DNA from: an uncultured Alphaproteobacteria bacterium | Lineage (GTDB): Bacteria > Pseudomonadota > Alphaproteobacteria > Rhizobiales > Beijerinckiaceae | Length of the DNA: 64,000 bases | Reading direction: 5' to 3' | NCBI GenBank assembly: GCA_963808525.1 | Contig: CAWEGE010000014.1 | Location: forward strand, 52,736-116,735 | Part shown: positions 61,250 to 64,000 of the stretch, piece after piece | Layout: each line of letters starts with the position of its first letter | How positions within the stretch are numbered: position 1 is the stretch's first letter | Position numbers and translations under genes: made by a program | The notes under the pieces: generated by a model | What the model was told of the DNA's origin: nothing | The model's input: only the letters and a program-made list of their open reading frames with translations | The model's database searches: none

Positions 61250-62368
61250 TCAAAAATAACTTTCCAACCTTCCGCGCCGGCGCACGTCCAGCGTCGCGCA
61301 ATGGAAGGCTCCGCCGAAGGCCGCATAATGCAGGAAGGGACAGGGAATGGGCTCCAATCCCCAATCCTTCATCGCCTGCATGGTGCGCTTGTGATGCGGA
61401 TCAACGAAGACGCGTTTCTCGTCGAGCATCAGGACATTCATGTTGAGCCATTTGCCGCACATCGAAGTGAGCTTGAGAAGCGCGTCCTCGATCGGATCGG
61501 GCTCCGGCGCGATCAATATCTCCCATTTCTTCATGATCGGCGGCAGCACGTCGATGTCGACATATTCCGGATTGACGAGAAAGCGGCCGGGACCGAGCGG
61601 CAAGACGGTCGTGTCGATATGCATCGGCATGCGGCAGCGGCTCGGCACCTCATGGATCCGATACTCTTCGCCCAGATGTCGACGCAGCCAGTCGATCCCG
61701 AAGGCGTTGGTCACATTGCTACGCGTGACGAAAATGTCGCGCCCGCAGCGAAAGAAATCGGCGGCGTCGAAGACCGGCTCGAACTCGGTCAGTATGTAGC
61801 GGATCGGCTCGCCGGCCTCGGGGAGCGTGAAGCTCGGATCATAGAGATCGTCCTGAAGCTGCGGCTTTGGTGCCGCAGTCCAGCGCGCGCCGCGCTTGAA
61901 ATAATCCTTGATGAGAGCGCGGTAGGAATGCGTTTCGAAATAGCGGCAGGGCCAGGCCATCGGCGTCTCGATGATCTCCTCGCCGATGACGAGCAGGCTG
62001 TCGCGCGGGCAGCTGTTGCAAAAACCGCGCGACGACCAGCCCGGCGCGCCGAACTTTTGGCGATAGTCGACGGCGTCCGGCCGCCGCACGATCACGCCGA
62101 GCGATCCGAGCAGCGCGATGAAGCCGTCGAGCTCGCGCTGCGCGGGCTTCACCAGAATCTGCGGATAGCGAAAGCCGCTGGCGAGAGCCTGCGCTCGGGC
62201 GGCGAGGCCCGGAATGTTGCAGGAGACGATCGCGTGATCGGAGGGAATGGTCGCGCCCTCGAGGCGGCCGACAATGATCTCCTCCAGCGGATCCCATTCA
62301 TTGTGCGAACAGACGGGCGAAGGCGCCACTCCAGCGTCAAGCGAAGCGTCGCGCACGCGCTCATGCAT
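61250..62368 (-). CDS. L-arginine-dependent amidinotransferase (AGAT/StrB1-like)
   Basis: SHNEWDPLEEIIVG, CPRD, FDAADF (Asp), MHIDT (His), GGAFHCATLD (Cys), ESYF terminus; GGAGG RBS before ATG 62368. Confidence 0.93.
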   Translation of the reverse strand: MHERVRDASLDAGVAPSPVCSHNEWDPLEEIIVGRLEGATIPSDHAIVSCNIPGLAARAQALASGFRYPQILVKPAQRELDGFIALLGSLGVIVRRPDAVDYRQKFGAPGWSSRGFCNSCPRDSLLVIGEEIIETPMAWPCRYFETHSYRALIKDYFKRGARWTAAPKPQLQDDLYDPSFTLPEAGEPIRYILTEFEPVFDAADFFRCGRDIFVTRSNVTNAFGIDWLRRHLGEEYRIHEVPSRCRMPMHIDTTVLPLGPGRFLVNPEYVDIDVLPPIMKKWEILIAPEPDPIEDALLKLTSMCGKWLNMNVLMLDEKRVFVDPHHKRTMQAMKDWGLEPIPCPFLHYAAFGGAFHCATLDVRRRGRLESYF

Positions 62369-62459
62369 TTTGTCGTCCTCCCCGAAGACTGACGTTTCCA
62401 ATGCTCCGCTATGGCAAGGGAAGCGCGCGGCGCCAAGCCGGGAAGTTGACGCATCTCAT

Positions 62460-62740
62460 TCAAAATCTCGGGATCAGGCGCCAGCCCACTCTTTTTTCAT
62501 AATCGGCATGGCCGGGCAGAGTTTCTCGATAAATTCTTTTTGTCGAGAAGACGCCAGACGAGCGCGGAAAGTATCAGCCGAGCGCGAGTGGGATGCACAG
62601 CAGCATGAAGAAGGCGGCCGCATACATTGGATAGCGCGAGAGCGCATAGGGTCCGCTCGAGACGACCCGCTGGCCCTGCGCCATCTCGATCGTGCTCGCG
62701 GCCCAGGGATTTTCTCGAAGGACGAGGAACATCGTGCGCG
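62460..62740 (-). pseudogene. C-terminal remnant of an isoprenylcysteine carboxyl methyltransferase (ICMT/PEMT) family gene
   Basis: LRENPWAASTIEMAQGQRVVSSGPYALSRYPMYA...PLALG* then ALVWRLLD...LPGHADYEKRVGWRLIPRF*; in-frame stop, frameshifts and no N-terminal half. Confidence 0.75.
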
Positions 62741-62952
62741 CAGCGCCAAGCTTGGCATGGAGGAGAACTCCGCGGCTTAGACAGCGGCAAAAGGCTCTGA
62801 CTTGCGATGCAAATAGGGGACCCGTGACAAGCGAACCAGCATTCGCCAAAGCATCGCTTGACACGCTATCTCGCCGTTCCACGTCGACCAGGTGGTCGCG
62901 ATCGCAGACGCCACGCTGAACGATCGCCCGGCGGGATTGAGGGAGACGAGGC

Positions 62953-63195
62953 ATGCGCGCGCTGGCTATAATTTTCTTGAGTTTAGCCGTGACGCCTGCG
63001 GTAGGCGATACTACGAAATTGACGGCGTTGCTCGCTCCCAGCGGGGCGACGGCTCCCTACTCTCCAATCGTCAAAGCCGGCGAATGCTTCACGAGCTGCT
63101 ACAGCGGAAGCGCGCGAAACGACTGCGCCTCAGGGCAGACGTGCAGCTGCTATTGCGATGGCAGCGGCCGAGCGATTTGCGAGATTTGCCGATAG
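62953..63195 (+). CDS. 80-aa exported peptide with eight C-terminal cysteines
   Basis: GGGAG/GAGG RBS; signal peptide ending AVG-D; CFTSCYSGSARNDCASGQTCSCYCDGSGRAICEICR. Confidence 0.75.
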   Translation: MRALAIIFLSLAVTPAVGDTTKLTALLAPSGATAPYSPIVKAGECFTSCYSGSARNDCASGQTCSCYCDGSGRAICEICR

Positions 63196-63199
63196 GGCG

Positions 63200-64000
63200 C
63201 TACTTTCCCTTCGGAAATTCGAGCCCCATTTCGCGGTAGCGCTCCGGATCGTCCGCCCAGTTCTCGCGAACCTTCACGAAGAGAAAGAGGTGGATCTTCT
63301 GGTCGGCGGCCTCCGCGATCTCGGCGCGCGCGGTCTGGCCGATCGCCTTGATCGTGCGGCCGCCCTCGCCGATCGTGATTTTCTTCTGTCCGTCGCGCGT
63401 GACATAGATCGTCTGCTCGACCTTCGCCGAGCCGTCCTTCTGGTTCGTCCAAGAGGTCGTCTCGACAGTCGATTCATAGGGCAATTCGTCGTGCAACCGC
63501 TCGAAGAGTTTTTCGCGCGTGATCTCGGCGGCGAGCATGCGCAGCGGCGCGTCCGAGAGCTGGTCTTCCGGATAGAGCCAGGGCGAGAGCGGCATCGCGG
63601 GCGCGAGCCGCGTCCGCAGCCGGTCGAGCCCGTCGCCCTTCTGCGCCGAGATCATGAAGGTTTCTTCGAAGTTTTGCGCTTCGTTGAGTTCCTTAGCGAG
63701 GGCGAGCAGGCGCTCGCGCGCCACGACGTCGACCTTGTTCAGGACGAGCCATTTTGGCGCGGGACTCTGGATCAATTGCTGGATCAGCGCCGAAACCTCC
63801 GCATCCGCGCCCTTGCGCGCGTCGACAATGAGCAGATTGAGGTCGGCGTCCTTGGCGCCGGACAGCGCACTCGCGACCATGGCGCGGTCGAGCCGGCGCT
63901 TGGGGGCAAAGATCCCCGGCGTGTCGACGAGCACGATCTGAGTCAGGCCTTCGATCATCACCCCGCGCACCTGAGCGCGCGTGGTCTGCGCCTTGCGCGA
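63200..64000 (-). CDS. era: GTPase Era (5' end outside the window)
   Basis: QTTR (G2), VDTPGIF (G3), LNKVD (G4), ISA, and KH domain with ELPY and LFLFVKV. Confidence 0.97.
   Translation of the reverse strand, partial: SRKAQTTRAQVRGVMIEGLTQIVLVDTPGIFAPKRRLDRAMVASALSGAKDADLNLLIVDARKGADAEVSALIQQLIQSPAPKWLVLNKVDVVARERLLALAKELNEAQNFEETFMISAQKGDGLDRLRTRLAPAMPLSPWLYPEDQLSDAPLRMLAAEITREKLFERLHDELPYESTVETTSWTNQKDGSAKVEQTIYVTRDGQKKITIGEGGRTIKAIGQTARAEIAEAADQKIHLFLFVKVRENWADDPERYREMGLEFPKGK

Overview
High-GC alphaproteobacterial chromosome segment (Hyphomicrobiales; a Methylocystis-like methanotroph is an inference from gene style, since no pmo/mxa gene is in the window). The backbone is housekeeping: cysK, murA, guaB, an ABCB transporter, a complete fdsR-fdsGBACD NAD-dependent formate dehydrogenase operon with two fdsD paralogs, ptrB, ahcY, modE, divK-pleD, ilvIH, rlmN, dsbB and era. 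Five accessory blocks sit between these genes. (1) A low-GC Fic gene with a small partner gene and an orphan HicB, between murA and guaB. (2) A surface cluster: Slam/DUF560-like TPR-barrel, FecR-domain exported protein and PEP-CTERM-like protein. (3) The best candidate for a new system: a DUF2946/CruR-like leader ORF with CxxC and a C-terminal RAPP motif, upstream of exbB-exbD-tonB, followed by two signal-peptide proteins made only of a TonB C-terminal-like domain and a TlpA-type thioredoxin, with no TonB-dependent receptor in the window. (4) A stand-alone amidinotransferase convergent with a SugE/Gdx guanidinium exporter, flanked by a methyltransferase remnant and an 8-Cys exported peptide. 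(5) Several small exported or membrane ORFs, two near perfect CtrA boxes. About a dozen genes, including guaB, carry single-base frameshifts, often at homopolymers and sometimes mutually compensating; this most likely reflects uncorrected long-read indel errors. No rRNA, tRNA, CRISPR array or IS element was recognised. All calls come from reading the sequence; no searches were run.
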